Made by a program: the position numbers and the translations under genes. A stretch of DNA of 57,749 nucleotides from a virus. The stretch is taken from IMG/VR virus record IMGVR_UViG_3300045988_122638. The stretch is one strand, 5' to 3'. Of this stretch, positions 8,497 through 17,434 are shown in pieces (within the stretch, counting starts at the first letter, position 1; each line of letters starts with the position of its first letter). The notes under the pieces were generated by a model. That model did no database searches, was not told the origin of the DNA, and saw only the letters and a program-made list of their open reading frames with translations.

Positions 8497-10242
8497 TTAT
8501 TCAAATGCTTCTCTGTTTATTTTGAATGCCACAAATGCATCCATCATAGCTGCAACAGCATCGATTTTTTCCTCGTATCTTTTTTTCAGAAGCTTTCTGT
8601 TACCATTAGTGTCTTCCATAACGATGCTATTACCCATAGCCCACGACATAAGTTCTTCATCGAATAACAACAAACGTTCCTCAGCTAGTTTTTTTAATTC
8701 GCCCAATGGAACCGATTCCGTTTTTACACCCTGAATTACTTTTTCAATTCCATAAGGACCATTTTCGGTAGCCCATCTTGCAACAAACTCCTTTGCATTA
8801 TAAGGGTCGAACCCAAAGCAACGAACATCGTATTCATTTTCAACTGTAAATTTATCTAGATCGTCGTAAACTTCCATCATGTCAAGTACAACACCTGGTA
8901 ATACCGCTAAACTACCCTCGTTGATAAATTCTTCATATTTTACTCTCATCGCTTGGGGTAATTTCATCAAAGTCATTTCAGAAATATAATTTCTTGTCTT
9001 AACTCCAAAACTACCATTAGATAATGGGAACAAGAAAGTAAACGCACAAAAATCATCACCTTGTGATAAGTCAGCACCTAGTGAACATGGCAATTTCCAA
9101 TAATCTCTTTTTCTGTGTGGAATTGTTTCTTCATATGTAAAATAGTACGTATAACCTTCCATAGGCAACCCGAAACGTTTTGCCAAAATATCATTTCTTG
9201 CTGCCGGTGCTTTTTCCGCTCTTTCTACATCGATTTGATACGCTTCATAACTGACTGTCTTTCCCAAATTGGGATTGGCTTTTATCCACATATCAGGATT
9301 AGCAACCTCATCAACAGAATCAAGTTTATACCACCAGATAGATACGTGCGGATTAATGTATTCTCCCTTGAGAATGTCCATTAACTCCATTTTGATTGTA
9401 TCGCCAGGACCGTTACGAACGGTACCTTCCGAACTGACAGCAATGATTAAATAATCATCGTTTTTTGATGCACCTTGTTCGAGTGCACCTATGACATCTT
9501 CTCGTACATCTCCGGAAAGCCATTCGTCAACTGTATTTATCTTACTGTTCAAGCCTTGAAGTTTATCAATTGACATTGGCCTGATTTCAACCAACGAACC
9601 TGTAAGAAAATTTTCTACTCCTTTTTTGGTCGAGGCTAATTTCATTCGGTTTGCTTTAGAGCCTGTTGTATTCTGCAGCGAACCTTCTGTTAAAAACTTA
9701 AATAACGGTCCTCGTGCTCTCATTATTGCAGTTCGCATTGGCGCTAACACTTCTTCAGCTTGTCTCATAGTCGGGGATGTATGCACTTGATGTGTTGTTG
9801 ATGTGTCAACATTCAAATAGTATTCGTGCATATAGGATTCATATTGTGATTTTGCAGCGCCTCTGCCGACTATTAAAAATTGCTTGTTAATCAGTCTCTT
9901 TTTCACAGTTTTATGAACATAATGACCTCCATGTCCATCAGGATTTGGTTCGTATACATCTTTATCCACGAAATAATACCATCCGAAAACTTGCTCTCCC
10001 CATAATTTAAATGATTCAAGCAATGTTAAATCAGAACCGTCAGTTAGAGTTAATTCTGCCTCGCAAAACTTTATCCAGCCCTCAACTGCCTGATCGTCAT
10101 AATATATTCCGGGATTCGCAATAAGATCGTCTATCCTATACATCTCCATGCCGACTTCTTTGCATACCGGTATTTCTCCCCTAATTACAGCATCTCTAAA
10201 CATACCGTAATATTTAGGTACAGCAGTATTCGACAATGCCAT
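8497..10242 (-). CDS. terL: Terminase large subunit
   Basis: 581 aa. Walker-A-like LIVGRGAAKS, a C-terminal nuclease-like region, and position upstream of portal. Confidence 0.85.
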   Translation of the reverse strand: MALSNTAVPKYYGMFRDAVIRGEIPVCKEVGMEMYRIDDLIANPGIYYDDQAVEGWIKFCEAELTLTDGSDLTLLESFKLWGEQVFGWYYFVDKDVYEPNPDGHGGHYVHKTVKKRLINKQFLIVGRGAAKSQYESYMHEYYLNVDTSTTHQVHTSPTMRQAEEVLAPMRTAIMRARGPLFKFLTEGSLQNTTGSKANRMKLASTKKGVENFLTGSLVEIRPMSIDKLQGLNSKINTVDEWLSGDVREDVIGALEQGASKNDDYLIIAVSSEGTVRNGPGDTIKMELMDILKGEYINPHVSIWWYKLDSVDEVANPDMWIKANPNLGKTVSYEAYQIDVERAEKAPAARNDILAKRFGLPMEGYTYYFTYEETIPHRKRDYWKLPCSLGADLSQGDDFCAFTFLFPLSNGSFGVKTRNYISEMTLMKLPQAMRVKYEEFINEGSLAVLPGVVLDMMEVYDDLDKFTVENEYDVRCFGFDPYNAKEFVARWATENGPYGIEKVIQGVKTESVPLGELKKLAEERLLLFDEELMSWAMGNSIVMEDTNGNRKLLKKRYEEKIDAVAAMMDAFVAFKINREAFE

Positions 10243-10261
10243 AAACGTTCACTCCTTATTA

Positions 10262-10780
10262 CTATCCCTTTAATTCCTTAATTGCAAGAGCTATTCCGAG
10301 TGCTGAACTGCCTACACCCAAAACAGTTCCGCCTATTTCTAGGGCATCTTCTACATAACGTCGTCCTTTTGATATTTTTTCTTTTTTATTAAACAAACGT
10401 TTATACTGTTGCTCTAGATTTTCTCTTTCAATCTTTTCACGAAGTTGCTGATTTGTCATGTTTTTTAGATTCATTTCATTCGAACTATGTCGTGATCTTG
10501 TATTTTGTTCTATATTCTTTGCCTGTTTTAATAAATCAGAAGATGTATCAACAACTCTTCTAGCTCTATTTAGATCCTCTTTAACCCAACGTTTCGGGTC
10601 TGGTCCGTCTATTCTGATCCGATTATCTTTTTTTTTAGAATTATTTTCTCTTACATCTCGGTCATATCTATTTTTGCCGGCGTTAGTAAGACTACCGTCT
10701 TTGTTCTGATAACGCCTTACACCCCACTTCATTCCTAAGATTCCGTGATGATATAGTTGATCATCTATCATGAATATCAT
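10262..10780 (-). CDS. Protein with N-terminal HHGILGMKWGVRRY motif and C-terminal hydrophobic segment
   Basis: 172 aa. The motif is shared with ORF 21524..22450. The middle is basic coiled-coil. C-terminus is GGTVLGVGSSALGIALAI. Confidence 0.6.
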   Translation of the reverse strand: MIFMIDDQLYHHGILGMKWGVRRYQNKDGSLTNAGKNRYDRDVRENNSKKKDNRIRIDGPDPKRWVKEDLNRARRVVDTSSDLLKQAKNIEQNTRSRHSSNEMNLKNMTNQQLREKIERENLEQQYKRLFNKKEKISKGRRYVEDALEIGGTVLGVGSSALGIALAIKELKG

Positions 10781-10792
10781 CTCCTTCCTTGA

Positions 10793-11143
10793 CTATTCAA
10801 AACTTTTAGAAATATTAAGTCGAAACTCGAGTTCGTTTATGGTTCTGTTAAACGACTCCATAACAGCATTACTTGATGGTGGATCGAACAGCATCCGTAC
10901 TTTTAATTGAACATATGTTTTTACCAATTCCAATGTTGCGTCTTCATCAGATATGTAATCAGACCATTTTGCAGTTTTATCGTGTATAGAAAAACCTTTA
11001 TCAGGTCCAACTCCTAATTGAGCAAGTATAGAAAAAGTAGAATTAATGTGAGTTATTATATCGATATCGAAATGCTCGTATTCCTCTGATATGCCCAACA
11101 TTTTTTTTATAGTAGTTAATATGCTATCTGTCATGCCAATCAC
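10793..11143 (-). CDS. gp6-like head-tail connector (DNA-packaging adaptor) protein
   Basis: 116 aa. TIKKMLGISEEYEHFDIDIITHINS resembles the N-terminus of gp6-type connectors. Confidence 0.45.
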   Translation of the reverse strand: MIGMTDSILTTIKKMLGISEEYEHFDIDIITHINSTFSILAQLGVGPDKGFSIHDKTAKWSDYISDEDATLELVKTYVQLKVRMLFDPPSSNAVMESFNRTINELEFRLNISKSFE

Positions 11144-11489
11144 CTTTTGTGTTGAGATCTATGTAATTTTTCATACAATAACCGACAGATCCAAATTCAG
11201 TTTCCACATAAGCCCATTCGTCATTAGTGATATTTTCATCAACGATAACTCTTGTGTGTTTTGGCAACTCTGATATTATTCTACTATCAACATACGGTTC
11301 CTCTCTTAACCTTAACTTATCGCATCCGCATACAATTCCGTATGTTATTTTATCTTCCGGCTCATCAACCGTTGTTTCTACGCAATCCGAGTTTTCATCA
11401 TACAAAATTTCTTTTTCAAGAACTTCCTCTGGTATTTTATTGTTTTTACTCATTTTGATTTTCTCCTTTTTTATTATTTCCACGGACAT
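11124..11489 (-). CDS. SH3b-domain protein (likely start ATG 11453)
   Basis: LRLREEPYVDSRIISELPKHTRVIV...WAYVETEFGSVGYCMKNYI has a bacterial SH3 pattern. AAAGGAG RBS precedes ATG 11453. Confidence 0.55.
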   Translation of the reverse strand: MSVEIIKKEKIKMSKNNKIPEEVLEKEILYDENSDCVETTVDEPEDKITYGIVCGCDKLRLREEPYVDSRIISELPKHTRVIVDENITNDEWAYVETEFGSVGYCMKNYIDLNTKGDWHDR

Positions 11490-11893
11490 GTATCGTTTTT
11501 AGTACGAACCTTAGGCGTACATATTAATAAACTTTCATCTCCGTAATGTATAGCATTATGGGTATCGTTTGTGGTGCATACAACATTCTCTAAATCAAAC
11601 ACGCATGGATTACGATTAATAATGTCATCTCTACTTATAGGATTAATATGATGTATCGTTATCGGTCCATATATTTCATACCCAATCGTAGCAAGATCGC
11701 ACCCACAATCTCTGATTATAACCTTATCTCTGAATCTCATCCATTCAGCTGAATGATAGAGTGCTTGATTTATATATCTATCAAACCCAAATGTTTCCTT
11801 TCCGACATATCCGTTCAATTGAAGATACTTAAATCTATCTATGTATCTGTCAAACGTTATCAATTCAGAATATGTTTTAATCATCGCTATCAT
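11474..11893 (-). CDS. HNH endonuclease, packaging-associated
   Basis: CGCD...ITIHHINPI...NDTHNAIHYG is an HNH motif. Sits inside the packaging module. Confidence 0.7.
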   Translation of the reverse strand: MIAMIKTYSELITFDRYIDRFKYLQLNGYVGKETFGFDRYINQALYHSAEWMRFRDKVIIRDCGCDLATIGYEIYGPITIHHINPISRDDIINRNPCVFDLENVVCTTNDTHNAIHYGDESLLICTPKVRTKNDTCPWK

Positions 11894-12212
11894 CTCGTCC
11901 GCTATAGCCTTTTAAAGCATTCATTGCGTTTTCGTATAATTCTTCTATTCTTTGAGCAGAATGAAGATTCTCCGTCTTGGCGGTTATTAAATCTTTTTGT
12001 TTTTCAAGTATCTCTCGTTCCAACTTCTCTTTTGTTGAAGCTAGCTTAAGAAAGTGAGAAATGACTTGAGACGATGCTGTTCCATCTCTCAATTGCTGTT
12101 CAGCAAGATCTACTGCCAAAGATATAAGTTGATTTTCCCTCGCTTCCGGCGAAGTTGCAACTCTATTTTTCTTGGCATTTGGAATAGCGTTTGTTTTTTT
12201 TATTTTAGCCAT
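11877..12212 (-). CDS. Putative terminase small subunit / DNA-binding packaging protein
   Basis: 111 aa, first gene after the long non-coding region. ENQLISLAVDLAEQQLRDGTASSQVISHFLKL resembles small terminase-type proteins as I remember them. Not verified. Confidence 0.35.
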   Translation of the reverse strand: MAKIKKTNAIPNAKKNRVATSPEARENQLISLAVDLAEQQLRDGTASSQVISHFLKLASTKEKLEREILEKQKDLITAKTENLHSAQRIEELYENAMNALKGYSGRDDSDD

Positions 12213-12266
12213 ACTTTGGTCATCCTTTCTGAAAGATTGGTATTATAAGATTATCGTTCTTACGTA

Positions 12267-12405
12267 GTTTTCATGTAGCACTCAAAGAGGTTCATAAAGT
12301 TATATGACTCTATTCGCCGAAAGGAGTTAAGCGCGATCCAAAAACAAACAAAAACCAACACCGCATCAACAACCTTATGAACCTTTTAGAATACTACATG
12401 AAAAT
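12267..12405. repeat. Long imperfect inverted repeat: 31-nt arms at 12267-12297 and 12375-12405, 77-nt loop
   Basis: Arm 1 is gttttcatgtagcactcaaagaggttcataa. The reverse complement of arm 2 is attttcatgtagtattctaaaaggttcataa. About 25 of 31 positions match. Confidence 0.7.
12292..12318 (-). promoter_or_regulatory. Degenerate 12th copy of the 26-nt motif, with spacing 1 nt shorter; possible late or packaging promoter
   Basis: Minus strand: GGCGAATAGAGTCATATAACTTTATGA. The CA and TTATGA blocks are in register and the GCGAA block is shifted by 1. Lies about 80 nt upstream of ATG 12212. Confidence 0.3.
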
Positions 12406-12427
12406 ATAAAACGTTTTTTAAAAATTG

Positions 12428-12490
12428 CCCCCGGAGAATTTTCAAGGAGGCGGGCGATGAGGGAGGGGGGTGCTAATTTTGAGACCCCCC
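12428..12490. other. GC-rich island with G6/C6 hairpin; candidate cos/pac site
   Basis: ccccggag...ggaggcgggcgatgagggaGGGGGGtgctaattttgagaCCCCCC sits in an otherwise AT-rich 650-bp non-coding region upstream of the packaging genes and the HNH gene. Confidence 0.4.
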
Positions 12491-12897
12491 TTACACCTCA
12501 AAGCCGAACATTACAATGCAACGACTATTGACCATGATATTCTATCTATACCGTCATTTTTAAATCATAAAATTTTCATTATCATACAATATATCGACTT
12601 ATTAATGTGTTTTGTATCTTTTTATGATGGCACAAAAGTGTCACTCTTTTATGGTAGCTTATACGATGGCATACACTTACATATTCGCATTCCACTAATA
12701 GAGGTTTAGTATAGAACAACACATTAAATGAATGCTAATGTCTTCATACTGCTAAATCAATGTTTATAGCCAAACATGATCGAAGCCATTATATCTCAGT
12801 AAATGTCAAACTGCTTTTATACTTCTGTCAAAGTATCATCATCTATTTTTAGATATTGCCGTTTTTTCATGATAATTACTTCAAAGCTCAACAAATT

Positions 12898-13146
12898 CTA
12901 TGACGATTTAAATTTTTTAGTGACTTTTTTATAAATGTTCATAAAATCATATTTAATAATTTCATCAATTGCTCGTTCAATTTCACGATCGTTTTCTTCT
13001 TCACTTAATTGATCAGAAGTATGAGAAACGCGATCCAAATACGAACAGGAATTGTAACCTTTGTCAAGATCGAACATATACCATTGATCGAATTGGTCAA
13101 ATGGATCGAACGGATTATCGATTGTGGTTAACGCACATTTAATCAT
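12898..13146 (-). CDS. Conserved small phage protein (TTIDNPFDPFDQFDQW motif), function unknown
   Basis: 82-aa ORF, last gene before the non-coding region. Confidence 0.6.
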   Translation of the reverse strand: MIKCALTTIDNPFDPFDQFDQWYMFDLDKGYNSCSYLDRVSHTSDQLSEEENDREIERAIDEIIKYDFMNIYKKVTKKFKSS

Positions 13147-13162
13147 AACTTCACACTTCCTT

Positions 13163-15919
13163 TCAACTATTTAAATATTTCGAAACTGTTGATGTTGACT
13201 TTCCTAAAACTTCTGCGATTTCAGCATTTGTATAACCTGATGCAGCCAAAGCTTTGATTCTACTAACTTGAGCAGAGGATAACGCACCATTAGACTTAGG
13301 GGTAGCCTTTTGTCTTATTACATCTTGATCCGCATACCTTAGTATCTTTGTCAATTTGGAATCGCTTACTGCACCAGACTGAATAGCTTCCCATTCTTTA
13401 TCTGTTATGTTAATTCGCGTACCTTTTCCGCTTGCACCGACTGCTATACGAGCCTTGTTAATGGCAATTTGTTTTACTTTTTTCAATGCTTTCTTATCTT
13501 TTTCTAATTCTGGATTAGCTTGTTTTTTCGCCTTTACTTCAGAATTAGCAAGAACTTGAGCTCTTCTTTCTCTCGGTGCATTAAGTGCAGCAAGATTTAG
13601 TTTCGCATTTAATGAATCCACTTCTGACTGATAGATACGTTTGGCGTTTGCATTGGTAGCAAGTCTACCAGTATATACCGCCTCCTTACGAGCATCGTTA
13701 GCCATGGCTTTCATTTTATTAGCATAATCAGCATATGCATTCTCCTTAGGGTGTCCCGATGACAGCTTATGTGCATCGTCTGTTACTGACATCAATGACA
13801 CATTCGTCATCGCTTGTTTGGTCTTTCCGGTCTTCGGATCAACGTATGTTCTGCCTGACTCTTTGTATAATATGGTCCCCTCAGGTTTGGTAGGATCATA
13901 CCAACTCTTTCCTTTTTGATTTATTCTCCCTGAACCTTTTCTTTCAGGCACTTGAGTCTCTTGCTTACGTCTTGATAGTAGGGTTGACGCCCCGCTCTCT
14001 TTTAATTCTCCATCCATGTTTTGATGACGCTGGTAGGTCTTCTTTAGCAAGGCTATATCGTTGTCTTTTTCGGATTGTTTATAATCTAATTTGTGCTTTT
14101 CAGCATCAATTACTACCATACTATGTTTTACAGCTTTAGCTATATCTTTCTCAGGTGCCCCGCGCAGTGTCATATCAGTTATAAGATTTGACACTATGCC
14201 CATTTGTTTTTGGGTTTCGCTTTTAGTCATGACTTTCATTCCCTCATGATAAGCATACTGAGTCTTAGGATCGAATCCCTCCAAATCTTTTAACGGTGGT
14301 GTTGATTTTATACGAACTTTATTGTTTACTGGTATAACTGTTACTTGATCGCCATCAAAATCAGCCCCTGATAATCGTTCAGCCACTTTAGCGTTAATAC
14401 CAACGGCATCGACAACATTTCCCAATATCCTTTTCGCTGATGGATTTTTATTATTAACCGTCAATACCGGTATTTCAAATGTACCACCATGAGGAAAACG
14501 AATTAATGCCACCTGTTCACCGTTTTTATAGTTAGGAGCATATACTTCTGTTTCTTTCATTGCCGATATAGGTAAAATAACTTGAGTATTCTGCCTAGGC
14601 AATGCGGCTGCTTGTAAATGTACCGCCGCTGCATCACAATCATTTGCAAAATCCATTAACATTTTCTTTTTTACCGTCGGATTAGTAAGAGATTTTATCT
14701 CTGAGTATTCTGCCTCTCTATCTGCATATGTTAAATCCAGCTGTTTCTTTATCATACTCAAAGGTTGCTTCGATAAAAATTGCTGGGATAGATTTCTTGA
14801 CATCGTATCCCAATCCCCTTCTTCTTTAAGTTTGTTAATGGCAGAAAGTTTTTTAGTTCCATCTTTAGGATCTATATATTCACTTTGACCATTGGCTTTG
14901 ATTAATGCACCAAACGGATTTTCAGGATCATCTTTTATTGGTTTTAACACATTCATTTTATCGGTCCCCGACTTTTTATTTGTATTAAACACGATATCTA
15001 CTCCATCTGGAATATCATCAGAATACATAGCCATACCTTTCAAGTAATGGGTACCGTCTACAAGTATACGTACTTGCGCGTAGTGTGAATTTCCTAAATC
15101 CAAATCGGGTACACCACGTCTTATTTCGATGACACCATCCTTATTCAAACCGCCCTCATCACCATAGCATATACTAATTCTTCTAGAATCTATACTGGTT
15201 GGCTTTTTTAATTCGTTGAATGTTGCACCACCATCAGTAGAATGATAATTACCCAAAGATTGCACATCACCCATATTTTGATATACATCTCTATATTCAA
15301 TTTCCGGATTACACAAAACTTTAGTGTTCGATTGCTGATGGGCATTAGTCACTTGAGGAATTCCTACACCATAAACGTTGTATCCCTCACGTTCCAAAAT
15401 ATAAAGAGCTTCTTTCATAGTATTTTCCGATATACCAATCTCTCGCTCTGCACCGGCACCAACATCTATCATACTTTTTTTCTTTAATTCTTTCTTTAAA
15501 ATATCAGCAGCTTTTTGAGCACGATTTGCTCTTTCGGCAGTATTGTCGTTCAAAAGTGAACGAACAGAAGAATCATATTGGTATCCCATGATTTTTGCAA
15601 TTTCATTAAGGGATTTACCATCCGCTCTTAGTGATTTAGCACGGTCAACTTCCAATTGACGTCGTTCATGCGACGCTAATTGTTTTTGCACTCTGTATTG
15701 GGTAGTGCTTAAACCCAATTCATGTGCGATTTCAGTTTCCGTCATACCAGATTTTTTTAGTTCATCTATTCTAGATAGAAAATCTCCGCTATGTTGAAAC
15801 GGATTTTCTCCACTCCCCCACGGGTAACGTCCTGAGTGTCGTGGTGTACCATAATGGGCTAATGCCTTACCACTGGAACCGCAACCAAAATATGATTTTA
15901 TTTCGTCTATAATACTCAT
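13163..15919 (-). CDS. YonO/QDE-1-like single-subunit two-barrel RNA polymerase with N- and C-terminal HTH modules
   Basis: 918 aa. LIRFPHGG (aa 472-479) lies upstream of SGADFDGDQVTV (DFDGD = aa 520-524, nt 14348-14362), which is the beta-prime/RdRP-type metal-binding signature. HTH-like units: MTETEIAHELGLSTTQYRV, KSLNEIAKIMGYQYDSSVRSL and C-terminal YTNAEIAEVLGKSTSTVSKYL. Confidence 0.65.
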   Translation of the reverse strand: MSIIDEIKSYFGCGSSGKALAHYGTPRHSGRYPWGSGENPFQHSGDFLSRIDELKKSGMTETEIAHELGLSTTQYRVQKQLASHERRQLEVDRAKSLRADGKSLNEIAKIMGYQYDSSVRSLLNDNTAERANRAQKAADILKKELKKKSMIDVGAGAEREIGISENTMKEALYILEREGYNVYGVGIPQVTNAHQQSNTKVLCNPEIEYRDVYQNMGDVQSLGNYHSTDGGATFNELKKPTSIDSRRISICYGDEGGLNKDGVIEIRRGVPDLDLGNSHYAQVRILVDGTHYLKGMAMYSDDIPDGVDIVFNTNKKSGTDKMNVLKPIKDDPENPFGALIKANGQSEYIDPKDGTKKLSAINKLKEEGDWDTMSRNLSQQFLSKQPLSMIKKQLDLTYADREAEYSEIKSLTNPTVKKKMLMDFANDCDAAAVHLQAAALPRQNTQVILPISAMKETEVYAPNYKNGEQVALIRFPHGGTFEIPVLTVNNKNPSAKRILGNVVDAVGINAKVAERLSGADFDGDQVTVIPVNNKVRIKSTPPLKDLEGFDPKTQYAYHEGMKVMTKSETQKQMGIVSNLITDMTLRGAPEKDIAKAVKHSMVVIDAEKHKLDYKQSEKDNDIALLKKTYQRHQNMDGELKESGASTLLSRRKQETQVPERKGSGRINQKGKSWYDPTKPEGTILYKESGRTYVDPKTGKTKQAMTNVSLMSVTDDAHKLSSGHPKENAYADYANKMKAMANDARKEAVYTGRLATNANAKRIYQSEVDSLNAKLNLAALNAPRERRAQVLANSEVKAKKQANPELEKDKKALKKVKQIAINKARIAVGASGKGTRINITDKEWEAIQSGAVSDSKLTKILRYADQDVIRQKATPKSNGALSSAQVSRIKALAASGYTNAEIAEVLGKSTSTVSKYLNS

Positions 15920-15922
15920 GAC

Positions 15923-16480
15923 TTACTCCTCTCGTTCTTTCATTTTTGTTATAATCTTATCGGAAACAACTATTCGATCCATTATAGGTGCAATATCTTC
16001 GGCGGTAGGAACATCATATATAATTTCGTCGTTTTGATAAATTCGAAGTTCCATACCAATTTCACCCGGTTTAATTCCATATTCCAAACAAAAAAGAGCA
16101 GCGTATATTCGTAACTGCTCCATATGTGCCGGAATTACTCCAGTCTTCAAATCGTGTATTCTTAAAAAGTTGTTTTTAAATATAATAGCATCAGCTGTAC
16201 CAAAACAATTATCTGAGTAATATAAAATTTGTTCAGGTATCATTCTGAACCCTATAGCATCATTTACATAAGAATTCAAGGTTTTCTTAGATCTTGGAAG
16301 TTTTTGCGACAATCTTATACATTGTGCCGCAAATTCATGTAACTCAGTTCCTCTTTGAATAGCGAGAAATTTAGAATACGATTCTGCTATTTTATCATCA
16401 GAATATCTAATCCAATGATATTTACTAGCACCTAAGAAAGCATGTCTACCTTCAAGATTCGAATGCTTGTTGAAGTTCAT
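15923..16480 (-). CDS. PD-(D/E)XK (RecB/Cas4-like) nuclease
   Basis: GTADAIIF...LRIHDLKTG...QLRIYAALF fits the D...D/ExK...Q..Y pattern. Confidence 0.6.
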   Translation of the reverse strand: MNFNKHSNLEGRHAFLGASKYHWIRYSDDKIAESYSKFLAIQRGTELHEFAAQCIRLSQKLPRSKKTLNSYVNDAIGFRMIPEQILYYSDNCFGTADAIIFKNNFLRIHDLKTGVIPAHMEQLRIYAALFCLEYGIKPGEIGMELRIYQNDEIIYDVPTAEDIAPIMDRIVVSDKIITKMKEREE

Positions 16481-16742
16481 TCAATACTTCCTCCTTATTC
16501 TCTGGACAAATAAATCTTGAGAATGACATCTCATTCATTCTGTCCACGTAATATTCTTGATTTGGTCGTTTCTTTTCGTTCGCTGATTTTTTGCATTCCA
16601 GAGTCGCCCATCTATCTTTATAAAATATTGTTAAATCGGGTAATCCTTGAATGTCGTTAGCATCGTTTTTTGTAACTATACAACCTGGGAACATTTCTTT
16701 AAGCTCTTTTTTTAATTTAGCTTGGAAATTTCTCTCTAACAT
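16452..16742 (-). CDS. VRR-NUC domain nuclease
   Basis: 96 aa. GLPDLTIFYKDRWATLECKK...RPNQEYY is a VRR-NUC-type PD-(D/E)XK motif. Confidence 0.6.
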   Translation of the reverse strand: MLERNFQAKLKKELKEMFPGCIVTKNDANDIQGLPDLTIFYKDRWATLECKKSANEKKRPNQEYYVDRMNEMSFSRFICPENKEEVLNELQQAFES

Positions 16743-16815
16743 TCTTTAAATTCTCCTTTCTGCAAAAATATAAAAAGAAAATGATGCGTATTTTTTTACG
16801 TATATCTCCTTCTCT

Positions 16816-16841
16816 CCATAAAAGGGCATGTTTTTTTCGCG
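16816..16841 (-). promoter_or_regulatory. Conserved 26-nt promoter-like motif, copy 1
   Basis: Minus strand: CGCGAAAAAAACATGCCCTTTTATGG. Directly follows a terminator and lies about 75 nt upstream of ATG 16742. Confidence 0.6.
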
Positions 16842-16842
16842 T

Positions 16843-16878
16843 ACGAAAAGAAAGAGCCTGTGTAGTTAACACAAGCTC
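16843..16878 (-). terminator. Rho-independent terminator
   Basis: Minus strand: GAGCTTGTGT-taact-ACACAGGCTC followed by TTTCTTTT. Confidence 0.75.
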
Positions 16879-16915
16879 TCAATAAAAAATATAAATTATC
16901 ATTTAACAAAAGTCA

Positions 16916-17266
16916 TTATAACTTTTCGTTATATATTTCTTCGTACTCATAGTTATCATTAAAATTTTCTCTTTCAATTTGATTATATACTGTACGTTCT
17001 CGAACATTGTTTCCGCACACTGGGCATATCCACCTACCATCGAGCACATCTGTTTTACCTTGTTGAAAATCCATATATTCATCACATTTGTTGCATTTCA
17101 CAAATAAAGGAATATCATCGTGATTTCTCTTTGAAGATGGTATTAACTTAATGACGTCTTCAAATATAACTTTAGATTTTCCTATACGTGTTCCATAACC
17201 GAATTCAAATCCTGAATGTTTGTATTGTTTGTAAAGTTTTTCATATTCTTTATCATGTGTTGTCAT
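16916..17266 (-). CDS. Zn-ribbon protein (start ATG 17266)
   Basis: ACGGAGGG RBS. Motifs CNKCDEY...CPVCGN. The track ORF 16916..17317 extends upstream into the promoter. Confidence 0.65.
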   Translation of the reverse strand: MTTHDKEYEKLYKQYKHSGFEFGYGTRIGKSKVIFEDVIKLIPSSKRNHDDIPLFVKCNKCDEYMDFQQGKTDVLDGRWICPVCGNNVRERTVYNQIERENFNDNYEYEEIYNEKL

Positions 17267-17305
17267 ATTCAATCCCTCCGTTCTTATTATATTAAATCTA
17301 TTATT

Positions 17306-17334
17306 ATTATAACACATTCATTCGGTTAATTCAA
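17306..17334 (-). promoter_or_regulatory. SigmaA-type promoter (TTGAAT-17-TATAAT, TGn-extended)
   Basis: Minus strand: TTGAATtaaccgaatgaatgtgtTATAAT, about 35 nt upstream of ATG 17266. Confidence 0.6.
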
Positions 17335-17434
17335 TGAGTTTAAATGTCAAAACAAACTTATTGGTCAAAAACCCGTTTATTTTTCTTGTACTATATATAT
17401 TTATATATTTTTTTATTCGCAATTAAATATAAAT

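Noticed and set aside
12795-12816. Apparent consensus promoter TTGACA...TATAAT on the minus strand in the non-coding region.
   Set aside because: The spacer is only about 10 nt (TTGACAtttactgagaTATAAT). That is incompatible with sigma70-type recognition.
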